Shown one piece after another: positions 38,474 through 48,154 of a DNA stretch of 64,000 bases (position 1 is the stretch's first letter; each line of letters begins with the position of its first letter). The stretch is from positions 36,178 through 100,177 of IMG/VR virus record IMGVR_UViG_3300037261_000082; one strand, given 5' to 3'. Below the pieces are notes generated by a model that saw only the letters and a program-made list of their open reading frames with translations, did not search any database and was not told where the DNA came from. The stretch comes from a virus. A program made the position numbers and the translations under genes.

Positions 38474-38927
38474 CGATTATCAAGTTGCGGGTAACCATTA
38501 TCGGGGAGGGGGTTACCAACACTGGAATCTGGTGCTTAGCTGTGACCTTGATTATCTGGCTGGGTGCTCTACAAAGTATGTGAGCCGCTGGCGTAAAAAG
38601 GATGGCTTGAAGGATTTACAAAAGAGTTTGCACTATTTGAATAAGCTGGAGGAATCACGGGCTAAACCTCTGGCGCGGCTTATGACGGTAGAGGAAATAT
38701 TGCGTGAGGTAAATGCTTTCAGCGAAGCCAACAAACTGAGTGACCTAGAACGTAGCTACGTTCGTATGCTTAGTACGTGGCAGACCCGTGATGAGTTGAA
38801 TATGGCGCGAGAGTTGCTCTTCTTGTTGTTGGATGAAGCTGAGGCGCTAGAGAAGGGTGCTAAGCCAGTTCCTCTCTGTGAGGAAAATCATTATTCTGAA
38901 AGGGCTGGAGAACCTCATGTTGATTGA
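38463..38927 (+). CDS. DUF3310-like protein
   Basis: QV.G.HY, KY..RW..K.G..DL.K..HYL. Confidence 0.8.
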   Translation: MDADDYQVAGNHYRGGGYQHWNLVLSCDLDYLAGCSTKYVSRWRKKDGLKDLQKSLHYLNKLEESRAKPLARLMTVEEILREVNAFSEANKLSDLERSYVRMLSTWQTRDELNMARELLFLLLDEAEALEKGAKPVPLCEENHYSERAGEPHVD

Positions 38928-39960
38928 TCGTGAAGAATTTATAGCCGCGCTGACACAGCTTAAGCCTGCACTTGGCGTGAAGGGTGTAGTGCCTGAGCTA
39001 GCTCACGTCTGGTTTGAGAAGGGTACAGCCCAGGCTTACGATGGTGGCTTTGGCATTAAGATACCTTTCAAGACTGATTTGATTTGTGGAGTGCCTGGAA
39101 CCACTCTCTTAGGCTTGCTCCAGACGTCTGCCTTAAAGCAGGCTACTCTTGAACCTAACGGTAAGGATGCTTTGCAGCTTAAGCTGGGCAAGTCACACAG
39201 CAAGCTGGCTACTCTGGCGGCCGACCGCAAGGTGTGGCCCTTCCCAATTAAGTTGCCCCAGAAGACAGACCCAACAGAACTCAACGAAGAATTCATTGAG
39301 GGTTTGCGCAAGACGCTCTTTATCAAGGCTTCTCCGGCTACGCGGGTTGAGCATTATGGTGTGATGGTGCACCATGTTAAGAATGATTTGCTGCTCTACA
39401 GCACAGATTCAGCTACCATGGTTCAGGTGATGGTTAAGGGGGCCGGTAAGGCGGCAGGCTTTGAGCGTACACTATTCCCGCGTGACTTTGCGGAGCAACT
39501 CGTAGCCCAGGCTCCAGCAGGAGCAACTCTCTACACGCCGGAGGACTGCTTCATAGCTGAAGCGGAGGGTATCTCTCTCTATTCAAACTTGTTGGATATA
39601 TCCTCAGCGGACGACATTGGGGCTATCGTGGACCGGAACCTAGACCGTCACCCAGAAGAGGTACCCCTGCCTGCAGGCTTAGAGGGCGCACTGGCACGGG
39701 CTGAGATATTGGCAGGTACACAGCAGCCTGACATTGAAGCCTCCATAGAGAAAGGTGTTCTAAAGTTGAGTGGGGATTATGCTCTGGGTACATTGCAGGA
39801 AAGTCTGCCGCTAGAGGGTAAGCATCCGGACGCCAAGATACGGTTACGGGCAGGACTAATTCGTCGTGCCCTCGTTCATGCCGATAGTTTCTCATTGACC
39901 AAGGAGTCTTTGTTGTTGTGTGGAACGCCGGGATTTGTCTATTTGGTAGCATCGTTATAA
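38917..39960 (+). CDS. Sliding clamp (Pol III beta-like)
   Basis: About 347 aa; IDREEF..AL, STDS, AL.RA; lies just before the polymerase, with the clamp loader nearby. Confidence 0.65.
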   Translation: MLIDREEFIAALTQLKPALGVKGVVPELAHVWFEKGTAQAYDGGFGIKIPFKTDLICGVPGTTLLGLLQTSALKQATLEPNGKDALQLKLGKSHSKLATLAADRKVWPFPIKLPQKTDPTELNEEFIEGLRKTLFIKASPATRVEHYGVMVHHVKNDLLLYSTDSATMVQVMVKGAGKAAGFERTLFPRDFAEQLVAQAPAGATLYTPEDCFIAEAEGISLYSNLLDISSADDIGAIVDRNLDRHPEEVPLPAGLEGALARAEILAGTQQPDIEASIEKGVLKLSGDYALGTLQESLPLEGKHPDAKIRLRAGLIRRALVHADSFSLTKESLLLCGTPGFVYLVASL

Positions 39961-39968
39961 CGTAGCCC

Positions 39969-42548
39969 GTGTCTTCATTTCTATCACAGCAAGCCCCCGT
40001 CAATTTGCGCAATGCTAGTGATCTGGCTTTGTTGCATCAGATGGAATGTCGTGCTTGTCCATTGAATAACACAGTGGGAGGCAAGATGGCTCCTACTGGG
40101 GCTGTGCGCCCCCTCGTATATATTTTGGGAGAAGGTCCCGGTGAAGCAGAAATTGATGAGCAACAGCAGTTTGTTGGGGAATCAGGCCAACTCCTGAGGG
40201 CGCATATTCCTCGTCGTTTCAAGGATCAAATCAGATTTAACAATGTTGTGCGTTCACGGCCACCGGGTAATGCTACGCCAGACCGTATTGAAATAGAATG
40301 TTGCCGTCCGAGCGTGGTTAAGGACATAGAGCGGTCCAAGCCCAAGATTATTCTAGGCTTCGGAAATGTGCCTCTAGAGTGGGTCTCAGGTTTTAATGGG
40401 ATAACGCTCTGGCGTGGACGACGCATGCCGGTTAAGGTAGGCAGCCACACGTGCTGGTACTACCCTATGCTGCATCCATCCTACTTATTGCGCCAGCGCC
40501 GTAATGATGGCGTAGGTTCTGAAGAAGAACGCATGTTCAAGTTTGACATGAAACGTGCGTTTGACGAAGTAGAAACGCTGCCCGAGCCAATAGTGCACTC
40601 GCACGTAGATGTTAGGCAGGGTGTAGAAATAATTGTTGAGGGTGGCGTTAGAGGAATTAATCGGGTTAGGGATGTATTAGCTTGGGCAACTGAGCAGCCA
40701 GTCATTGGAATAGACTATGAAACAAACGGAATTAGACCATATTTTGCAGGCGCTAAGGTGTTAAGTGCAGCAATAGCAACTGGTGAACGTGCTGTAGCTT
40801 TCCCTTTTGACCACCCTGAGTCCCAGTGGAATCTAGATGAGCGGGATCAAGTATGTAACCTCTGGCGGAACTTTATTTTCAAAGCTAAAGGTGTCAAGGC
40901 AGTTCACAATCTTGCCTTCGAGTTAGAGTGGTCTGGGCATAAGTTTGGGCAGGATTTAATTAGAGCAGGTACCTGGGAAGACACTGCTACGCAAGCGTGC
41001 ATTCTGGACGAACGTGCGGGCAACAAAAAGGCCGGACCGTTCTCATTAGAATTTTTAGTACAGCAGTACTTCGGCTTCAACCTTAAGAAGCTAGCGGGGG
41101 TTGATCGTAAGAAACTTGCTGAAACGCCTATTGAAGCTGTACTGCAATATAATGCGCCAGATGCTAGGTACCATGCGTTGCTTTGGGAAAAGCAAGCAGA
41201 GCGTATTAAGGCGGAGGGACTAGAGGAGCCTTATGAGTTAGGACTTCGGCGCGTACCAACGGTAATTCTATCCCAACTTAGGGGTGTGCCTGTTGATCAG
41301 AAGGAAGCTAAGCGGCTCCAGAATAAGTACGAGGGGCAGATAGAGACTACTGAGAATTTGATAGCTGCGCTGCCAGTTGCTCAGGAGTTTAAGCGTAAGA
41401 AGGGTCAAACATTTAATGCATTCTCTAATAAGGATGTCCTCTACGTGTTTAAGGATATGCTTCATCGCAGTGAGATTTTAGTTGAAGACAAGTATACGAA
41501 GAAACGTCATTACTCTGCTGACGAGGGTGTGTTAGAAACGATTGATCATCCTTTGGCTAAATTGTTGGTGAAGCTGCGTAAGGCTAATAAGCGCAAGGCA
41601 ACGTATATTGACCCTCTTTGTTCAGATCATGAAGAGACGCTGATTTTCCCCGATGGGCTTCTCCACGCACAATTTAATACGTTCTTTGCATCCACTGGAA
41701 GATTATCATGTGAGTCTCCGAATTTGCAGAACTTCCCGAAAAGGGATAGTGGTGTTGAGGGTGAGCGTAAGGATGAAGCACGTGAGGTTCGCAAACAAAT
41801 TGTTGCTCCCCCAGGACATGTGATTCTTGCATTTGATGCGGGACAAATCGAGGCCCGCGTCATCGCCATGTTTACGAAGGACAAGCAGTTTTGTAAGGCA
41901 CTCTGGGAACGATACGATGTTCATATGGAATGGGCTGAGCGGTTAGCACGAGCATACCCCGCACGGGTGGGGGGGAAGAAGAATCTAACTGATAAAACGG
42001 TGATGAAGGCTTTTCGTACTGACATTAAGAATCAGTTTACGTTTCCGTTATTCTTCGGGGCACGTTTGGAGTCTGCTGCAGGATACCTAAATATTCCACC
42101 CCATATTTTGAAGCCCCATTATGATGAATTTTGGCGGCAGTTTTCTGGTGTTCGAGAATGGCAAGAGCAGCAACTAGAGTTCTACCACGAGTATGGCTAT
42201 GTCGAGTGCTTAACTGGTCGGCGTAGGCACGGTCCTCTGAGTGTGAATATGGTGTATAATACACCAGTTCAAGGAACTGCAGCTGAAATAGTTATGGACA
42301 TGATGGGCAGGCTTAGTGAGGGTGGTGACCCAGAATTACAACCGGAAATAAATATCCATGATGATCTTACATGGCTTCGGGTTCCTGAGAAGCGAGTAGA
42401 TGATATAGCTGAGAAAATACTAAACATTATGTTGGATGTTCCATTTGATTGGGTTAACGTGCCAATTACTGTTGAAGGTAGTGTAGGAGCAAATTGGCTT
42501 GAAATGTCAGAATTTGGTGTATTTAGTTCGGATACTTGGTTCAAATGA
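39969..42548 (+). CDS. Family A DNA polymerase with an N-terminal family-4 UDG domain
   Basis: CRACPL, GEGPG, RPPGN, HPSY (UDG); DYET, HN..FE, YN..D (exonuclease); TGRLS, NLQN, D..QIE.R, N.PVQG, IHDD. Confidence 0.93.
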   Translation: MSSFLSQQAPVNLRNASDLALLHQMECRACPLNNTVGGKMAPTGAVRPLVYILGEGPGEAEIDEQQQFVGESGQLLRAHIPRRFKDQIRFNNVVRSRPPGNATPDRIEIECCRPSVVKDIERSKPKIILGFGNVPLEWVSGFNGITLWRGRRMPVKVGSHTCWYYPMLHPSYLLRQRRNDGVGSEEERMFKFDMKRAFDEVETLPEPIVHSHVDVRQGVEIIVEGGVRGINRVRDVLAWATEQPVIGIDYETNGIRPYFAGAKVLSAAIATGERAVAFPFDHPESQWNLDERDQVCNLWRNFIFKAKGVKAVHNLAFELEWSGHKFGQDLIRAGTWEDTATQACILDERAGNKKAGPFSLEFLVQQYFGFNLKKLAGVDRKKLAETPIEAVLQYNAPDARYHALLWEKQAERIKAEGLEEPYELGLRRVPTVILSQLRGVPVDQKEAKRLQNKYEGQIETTENLIAALPVAQEFKRKKGQTFNAFSNKDVLYVFKDMLHRSEILVEDKYTKKRHYSADEGVLETIDHPLAKLLVKLRKANKRKATYIDPLCSDHEETLIFPDGLLHAQFNTFFASTGRLSCESPNLQNFPKRDSGVEGERKDEAREVRKQIVAPPGHVILAFDAGQIEARVIAMFTKDKQFCKALWERYDVHMEWAERLARAYPARVGGKKNLTDKTVMKAFRTDIKNQFTFPLFFGARLESAAGYLNIPPHILKPHYDEFWRQFSGVREWQEQQLEFYHEYGYVECLTGRRRHGPLSVNMVYNTPVQGTAAEIVMDMMGRLSEGGDPELQPEINIHDDLTWLRVPEKRVDDIAEKILNIMLDVPFDWVNVPITVEGSVGANWLEMSEFGVFSSDTWFK

Positions 42549-43180
42549 GAAAGCGCGGCCCATATAAATTTGGACTTTCAGCCGAAGAACGGTTGCTTTG
42601 GCGGTGGTTTCAAAAACATCGCATTCGTTCGTTAGATAGAGGGATTGAATTTTTGCTTACATTTGAGGAATGGCTTAAAATTTGGACTGATTCGGGTCAT
42701 TTGTATGAGCGCGGGCAGGGTAAAGAAAAGTATTGTATGGCTCGGTATAAGGATAAGGGTCCTTACGCTGTTGGAAATGTACGCATCTGCAAGAACCGTG
42801 AAAATCAAGAAGAGCTTTTGGCAAACCCTGAAAAGCTGGTTGAAATTGGTTCTGCTATGCGGGGGAAGAAACATCGGATTGATACCCGAAAAAGAATGAG
42901 TCGCTCTAAGCGTGGAAATCAAAATGCAAAGGGGATGAAACATTCAGCGGAAACTAAAGAAATTATTGGGGCGAAGTCTGCAGCAAACTGGGTGGACCCT
43001 GTTTATGCTGCTCATGGTTCTGAAGTAATGCTTTCTCTCTGGGAGGATCCACAGTACCGCGCAAAAGTGAGTGCTGGTCACCAAAAAGCTTGGGATAATC
43101 CTGAGCGACGCAGGGCTGCTAGTGAGCGTATGCGTGTGAGGAATCAACAGCGTAGGGAAGCTAAGTGTCCAACTCCTTAA
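42545..43180 (+). CDS. HNH-like homing endonuclease with NUMOD3-like tail
   Basis: TFEEW..IW.DSGH, CMAR..D.GPY.VGNVRIC; MRGKKH and KHSAETK repeats. Confidence 0.75.
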   Translation: MRKRGPYKFGLSAEERLLWRWFQKHRIRSLDRGIEFLLTFEEWLKIWTDSGHLYERGQGKEKYCMARYKDKGPYAVGNVRICKNRENQEELLANPEKLVEIGSAMRGKKHRIDTRKRMSRSKRGNQNAKGMKHSAETKEIIGAKSAANWVDPVYAAHGSEVMLSLWEDPQYRAKVSAGHQKAWDNPERRRAASERMRVRNQQRREAKCPTP

Positions 43181-44097
43181 TCAATAAATATCGGCCAACT
43201 CAATTCTCTGAAGTCGTAGGCCACGACGCTGTTGTGCGTTCATTACAGGCTGTCCTTAAGCGCGGTTCTAGTAAGACCTTTCTATTTACTGGTCCTAGTG
43301 GGACGGGCAAAACGACTCTTGCACGTATCGTGGCTAGTGCGGTTGGCTGTGTCCCAGCGGATTTATTAGCCATAGATGCCGTAACGTACACAGGCGTAGA
43401 TGATATGCGGGCTGTCACTGCTAATTTGATCTATAAACCTCTTGGTGAGGGAGCAGTGAAGGCTATCATCGTTGATGAGTTTCAAGGCTTGAGTAAAGCT
43501 GCCCTTCAGTCTCTACTCAAGATTTTAGAGGAACCACCCGCTTGGGTTTGGTGGTTTTTATGTACAACAGAGCCAACTCGCATTCCAGTAAATATTCTGA
43601 CGCGTTGCACACGTTACGACCTTAAGCCTGTAAGTGTGAGCATTCTTGGTGATTTGCTAGAAAGCATTGTCGAGCAGGAAAAGCTAGCTTCTATTGATGG
43701 TAGAATTATTGATTTGTGTGCAAAGGAAGCGAATGGATCCCCGCGTCAAGCCATAGCCAATTTGACGGCTTGTTCTGCCGCTAAGAACTATGCAGAGGCT
43801 CAGGAATTGCTTCGTTCAGCAATTGAGAGTGAAGAAGCTGTAAATCTAGCTCGTGCGTTAGTTAAAGGGGCACAATGGGAAGAAGTTTGGAGAATTGTTA
43901 ATGGCTTGCAAAATATCAACCCGGAATCGGTTCGTCATGTGGTGCGGGCGTATGTCTTACGAGTAGCTTTGAATGCTAAGAGTGAGGCGGCAGCTGGGCG
44001 TGGTCTGGAGATACTTGACGCATTCAGCGAACCGTTTAATTCGTCAGATGGTCTAGCGCCATTGTTGTTAGCTTGTGGGAGGGTTTTGTTACAATGA
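43165..44097 (+). CDS. Clamp loader (Pol III gamma/tau-like AAA+)
   Basis: KYRP..F.EVVG, GPSGTGKTT, IVDE, LLK.LEEPP, TRC, GSPR. Confidence 0.9.
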   Translation: MSNSLINKYRPTQFSEVVGHDAVVRSLQAVLKRGSSKTFLFTGPSGTGKTTLARIVASAVGCVPADLLAIDAVTYTGVDDMRAVTANLIYKPLGEGAVKAIIVDEFQGLSKAALQSLLKILEEPPAWVWWFLCTTEPTRIPVNILTRCTRYDLKPVSVSILGDLLESIVEQEKLASIDGRIIDLCAKEANGSPRQAIANLTACSAAKNYAEAQELLRSAIESEEAVNLARALVKGAQWEEVWRIVNGLQNINPESVRHVVRAYVLRVALNAKSEAAAGRGLEILDAFSEPFNSSDGLAPLLLACGRVLLQ

Positions 44098-44600
44098 GCA
44101 TGCTAGAGCACTATCGCAATAATCTTGCCATTGATAGGGATGATCTCGACACTTGCCTAATGCGCCAGCCGGAAGTTTATTACGGAGTGGCTCAAAACGT
44201 CGCACTGTCAAATGCAGAACGCGACGCCTGTAAGCTTGACCTTGAGGAGTTGCAGGCGCAACTTGATCAGGATATTCGGGCTGAGGCTTTGCGTAAGGAT
44301 GAGAAGCTTACTGAGACTTCCCTCCAGAATCGCCTTAAGACCCTCCCTAAGATGCAGGATATTCAGAGGGAGTTTCTCAAGAAGCGTCAGGAGGCTGAAA
44401 GCTGGCAGGTGCTTAAGGAGGCTTTTCAGCAGAGATCATTCATGTTACGGGAATTGGTGGCCCTCTATATTGCTCAGCGTCATGACGCGGCTATGGAAGG
44501 GGGTGCTGGTCAAGCGAGGGCTAGTTTAACGGCTGATAAGGCAGATCAGAACCGGGCTGCGGCAGGAGCAATCCGGCGTGTTAAGCGGGCCACTGTGTAG
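44094..44600 (+). CDS. UvsY-like recombination mediator
   Basis: Helical; L.ID..DLD..L..QP, AF.QRS.ML; next to SSB and RecA. Confidence 0.55.
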   Translation: MSMLEHYRNNLAIDRDDLDTCLMRQPEVYYGVAQNVALSNAERDACKLDLEELQAQLDQDIRAEALRKDEKLTETSLQNRLKTLPKMQDIQREFLKKRQEAESWQVLKEAFQQRSFMLRELVALYIAQRHDAAMEGGAGQARASLTADKADQNRAAAGAIRRVKRATV

Positions 44601-44623
44601 TATGGTTACTGCAAGGAATTGAA

Positions 44624-44806
44624 ATGTTTTCTAGTGCTACTCTTGGAACAAGTCTAAGCTGGTTGGCGGGTGCTGTATTGCTCGTCATTCTTGCTTATGC
44701 AGTGACACGTGCGGCGAGCTTTGCACACTTCCGCACTAAGCTTGAGTATCTGCGAAGTGTGCTCAGAGAAATAAATAGAGGAGGAGGTCGTAATGGCCAA
44801 GGGTAA
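44624..44806 (+). CDS. Small membrane protein
   Basis: One TM helix; AAGGA RBS. Confidence 0.55.
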   Translation: MFSSATLGTSLSWLAGAVLLVILAYAVTRAASFAHFRTKLEYLRSVLREINRGGGRNGQG

Positions 44807-45893
44807 ATTCGTGTATCGTGGTACTGCCCGTACGGTGGAGTCCGTCGTGCGCAAGTCAAAGCAGGCGGGTGGGCTTTACGACAGTTATCTCGCAGCGGAA
44901 ATGCAGATGTACAAGCCGAAGGAAGGCGAGGCCTGCGTACGCATTCTGCCTCCTACCTGGGATGACGTCGAGAAGTGGGGTGACGGCTGGGAAATTGGCG
45001 TCTATATCCACTACTCCGTTGGTCCGGACAACGGCACCTACCTCTGCCTAGATAAGATGAAGGGCGAGCCTTGCCCGGTGTGCGAAGCTAGGCGTCAGAT
45101 TACGGATCAGGATGAAGCTGACCAGCTTAAGCCGGGTTATCGCTGTCTGGCCTGGGTAATTGACCGCGATAATGAGAAGGCTGGTCCTATGATCTGGTCC
45201 ATGCCGGTCTCCCTTTTCCGGGATATCAATGCGCGTTCGGTAGACAAGAAGTCCAATGCGCCTATTCTGATTGACGATCCGGAGGAGGGCTACGACATCA
45301 TCTACAACCGGGAAGGTACTGGCCTCAAGACCAAGTACACGGCTGTTGAGGTCTCGCGGGAGCCGTCGCCCTTACATGACAATGAGAAGCTGCAGGCGCG
45401 CTGGCTGGAGTACATTACGGAACATCCCCTACCGGAGGTGCTTAATTTCTATGATGCTGAACACATCGAGAAGGTGTTGTTCGGAAAGACTGACCGTCGC
45501 AAGGATGCAGAAGAAGAGACGGAAGCAGAGCCGGAGACGAGGCCTTCTCGTCGTGGGCGTGCAGAGCCAGTAGAGGAGGTCGTAGAGGAGGAGGCTCCCC
45601 GTGGTGGCCATAGGGCTAGCCGTGCTGAGCCAGAGGTTGAGGATCGCCCTACCCGTGGTGGCCGCCATTCGCGTGGTGGCGCGGCGGAGGAGACAGAGGA
45701 AGAACCCCCTTTTGAGGAGAACTCTCGTACAGCCCGTCGCAGGGCCTTATTGGACGAGGGTGACGCACCAGAGGAAGGGGAGACCCAGACAAGGCCCCGT
45801 ACTCGGCCAGAGACGGATGCAGAGGATGAGACGCCTGTTAAGGCTGCCCGTCGTAGCCTCGAAAGGCTTAAACCAACTGGACGGCGTTCCTAG
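44793..45893 (+). CDS. gp32-like single-stranded DNA-binding protein
   Basis: RILPP, H....CL......CPVCE, D.EEG.D, TKY; long acidic tail. Confidence 0.8.
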   Translation: MAKGKFVYRGTARTVESVVRKSKQAGGLYDSYLAAEMQMYKPKEGEACVRILPPTWDDVEKWGDGWEIGVYIHYSVGPDNGTYLCLDKMKGEPCPVCEARRQITDQDEADQLKPGYRCLAWVIDRDNEKAGPMIWSMPVSLFRDINARSVDKKSNAPILIDDPEEGYDIIYNREGTGLKTKYTAVEVSREPSPLHDNEKLQARWLEYITEHPLPEVLNFYDAEHIEKVLFGKTDRRKDAEEETEAEPETRPSRRGRAEPVEEVVEEEAPRGGHRASRAEPEVEDRPTRGGRHSRGGAAEETEEEPPFEENSRTARRRALLDEGDAPEEGETQTRPRTRPETDAEDETPVKAARRSLERLKPTGRRS

Positions 45894-45898
45894 CGCCT

Positions 45899-46930
45899 AT
45901 GAAACGGGTGAGACTGAACGGGTCGGTTAAGCGTCAGGGCGGGAACGACTATTTCCCAGTCCTGACGCCTGGTGTTGAATGCATCCCAACGGGTTGTGCT
46001 CTCTTAGATTGCGTACTGGGAGGAGGCTGGGCACGACGACGTATTGTAAATGTTGTTGGCGATAAGAGCGTCGGAAAGTCGCTACTCGCGATTGAAGCCT
46101 GCGCCAACTTTGCCCATCTAGAACCGAAGGGCAAGATCTTCTATCGGGAGGCTGAAGCAGCATTTGACGAGCCTTACGCTGAGGGTCTTGGGTTGCCACT
46201 TAAGCGGGTGGACTTCGGACCGGAAGGTATAGATACGGTTTGGGATACCGTTGAAGACATATTTGAGGATCTAGATGCCAAACTGGCAGAGTGCGAAAAG
46301 AATAAGACCCCAGGACTGTATATCGTAGACTCGCTGGACGCTTTGACGTCGCGAGCGGAACTCGGGCGTAAGCCTGGTGAAGCTACTTTCGGGTTAGAAA
46401 AACAGAAGATGATGGGCAAGTTATTCCGGCAGCTAACCCGCCGCATCAAATCTGCTGATATGTGTGTGATGATCATATCCCAGGTTCGCGATAAGATAGG
46501 CGTGGTGTTTGGGGAGAAGCATACCCGCACAGGGGGCAAGGCCCTCGATTTCTATGCCAGCCAGATACTCTGGCTCAGTCATATACAGAAGCTAACTCGC
46601 ACGGTTGGCAACGTTAAGCGTACCACGGCTGTTCGCATTAAGGCTCAGTGCAAGAAGAACAAGGTATCGCTGCCTTTCCGAGAGTGCCTCTTTGAAATTG
46701 AATTTGGGTTTGGGATGCGTGACGCTGAGGCTTCCTTAGCGTGGTTAGAGGAGGTCAAGGCGCTAGGAAAGCTGGGTACAAAGGACCCTGGAGCCTTCCT
46801 GACGCATTTAGATAAGCTGTCGGGGGTTGAGCTAGCCAAGGAGCAGGAACGCTTGCGAGCGGTTGTTATAGCGGCTTGGCAGGAGGTAGAAGGACGGTTT
46901 GCTCCTACTCGTAAGAAGTACGGGCAATAG
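45899..46930 (+). CDS. RecA/UvsX-like recombinase
   Basis: TG..LD..LGGG, GDKSVGKS, E.AFD..YA, VDS, ISQ.R, GGKAL.FYAS, KNK. Confidence 0.92.
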   Translation: MKRVRLNGSVKRQGGNDYFPVLTPGVECIPTGCALLDCVLGGGWARRRIVNVVGDKSVGKSLLAIEACANFAHLEPKGKIFYREAEAAFDEPYAEGLGLPLKRVDFGPEGIDTVWDTVEDIFEDLDAKLAECEKNKTPGLYIVDSLDALTSRAELGRKPGEATFGLEKQKMMGKLFRQLTRRIKSADMCVMIISQVRDKIGVVFGEKHTRTGGKALDFYASQILWLSHIQKLTRTVGNVKRTTAVRIKAQCKKNKVSLPFRECLFEIEFGFGMRDAEASLAWLEEVKALGKLGTKDPGAFLTHLDKLSGVELAKEQERLRAVVIAAWQEVEGRFAPTRKKYGQ

Positions 46931-46986
46931 CAGCAAACTTTTAACTGCTTCTCTGCATTACCTTTACCCAGACGCATCAAACGCTT

Positions 46987-47511
46987 ATGCTCTCGGGCAT
47001 GTTTGGGAATCCTTTCTGGGTAGCCGTGAAGACAAAGCCACAGCGGGAGCAGTGGGCTGCAGATAATGTAGCTAATCAAGGCTACGAGTTTTATTTGCCT
47101 CTTACAGAGGCTCTTACTAAGCCTAAGCCTAAGAAACCTTGCTTAGTTCCTAAGCCCCAATACTTATTCCCACGCTACCTTTTTGTACAGACAGAGGGAC
47201 CCTGGCGGTTCCTTCTAGGAACACGTGGGGTCATGAGTGTGATTATGTGCGGGCAGCGCCCTGCAGTTATGCTCCCAAGAGAAATTGACGAATTACGTGC
47301 ACGCGAAAATACTGAGGGATTGATCGTGTTGGAAGATAAGGAACAGTTTCGTTTTAATAATGGTGACAAAGTACGAGTTATCTCAGGACCATTTAGTACT
47401 TATGAGGGACTTTATGACCGTGATCCCCAGAATAGAATAAGTGTACTGTTAGATGTATTGGGACGATATGTACCAGTGCCCCTTGATGAAGACGCCTTAG
47501 AAGCGGTATGA
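46987..47511 (+). CDS. NusG/RfaH-family antiterminator
   Basis: W.AV.TKP.RE, LFP.YLFV, GV, KOW motif GDKVRV.SGPF. Confidence 0.88.
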   Translation: MLSGMFGNPFWVAVKTKPQREQWAADNVANQGYEFYLPLTEALTKPKPKKPCLVPKPQYLFPRYLFVQTEGPWRFLLGTRGVMSVIMCGQRPAVMLPREIDELRARENTEGLIVLEDKEQFRFNNGDKVRVISGPFSTYEGLYDRDPQNRISVLLDVLGRYVPVPLDEDALEAV

Positions 47512-47518
47512 TGCTCAA

Positions 47519-48154
47519 ATGGTAGCCCGCGTAAAACTTAAGACCAAGCCCGCTAAACTCGAGAAGAAGCAATCTTATCCGGGGGCTAGGCGTGGGCCGA
47601 AGTCTACGTACCTCCCTCAATTTGCTAAGGTAGCCGGGGTACTGTGTTCGCGGGGTGCAACAAATGCGGACCTAGCAGACGCTTTTAGTGTTACCACAAT
47701 GACCATCCAGAATTGGATGGGTATGTACCCAGAATTTGATGAAGCAGTAAGGCGGGGCAAGGCTGAGATATTTGACCCCAAGGTGGAGCGTGCTCTTGCC
47801 CAACGGGCGTTAGGCTACTCAGTAGACACTGAGGAAATACGTGTGCTTAAGGACGGCGAGGTTATTCGTGTGCCTGTCCGAAAGCATTATCCCCCAGAAA
47901 CTCTTGCGTGTATTTTCTGGCTTAAGAACCGCAAGCCGGAGCAGTGGCGTGATGTGCAGAACCATCTACATTCAGGCAAGGTTGAGAATTTGACAGCAGC
48001 TGAGTTGTTGGCTGAGATACGGAAGGATGCTACTGAGTTGGGCATTCTTCCGGAGGCACTATTGCATGCTGGTGTTGTTCCGTCTGTAAAAGGCAATCGT
48101 TCAGGTAACGGATTGAGCAACGGCAATGGTGCAAACGGAAGGACTAAGCATTGA
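47519..48154 (+). CDS. Terminase small subunit
   Basis: HTH GAT..DLA..F.V...TI.NW, ERAL..RA.GY, PP...A.IFWLKNR.PE.WRD. Confidence 0.85.
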   Translation: MVARVKLKTKPAKLEKKQSYPGARRGPKSTYLPQFAKVAGVLCSRGATNADLADAFSVTTMTIQNWMGMYPEFDEAVRRGKAEIFDPKVERALAQRALGYSVDTEEIRVLKDGEVIRVPVRKHYPPETLACIFWLKNRKPEQWRDVQNHLHSGKVENLTAAELLAEIRKDATELGILPEALLHAGVVPSVKGNRSGNGLSNGNGANGRTKH

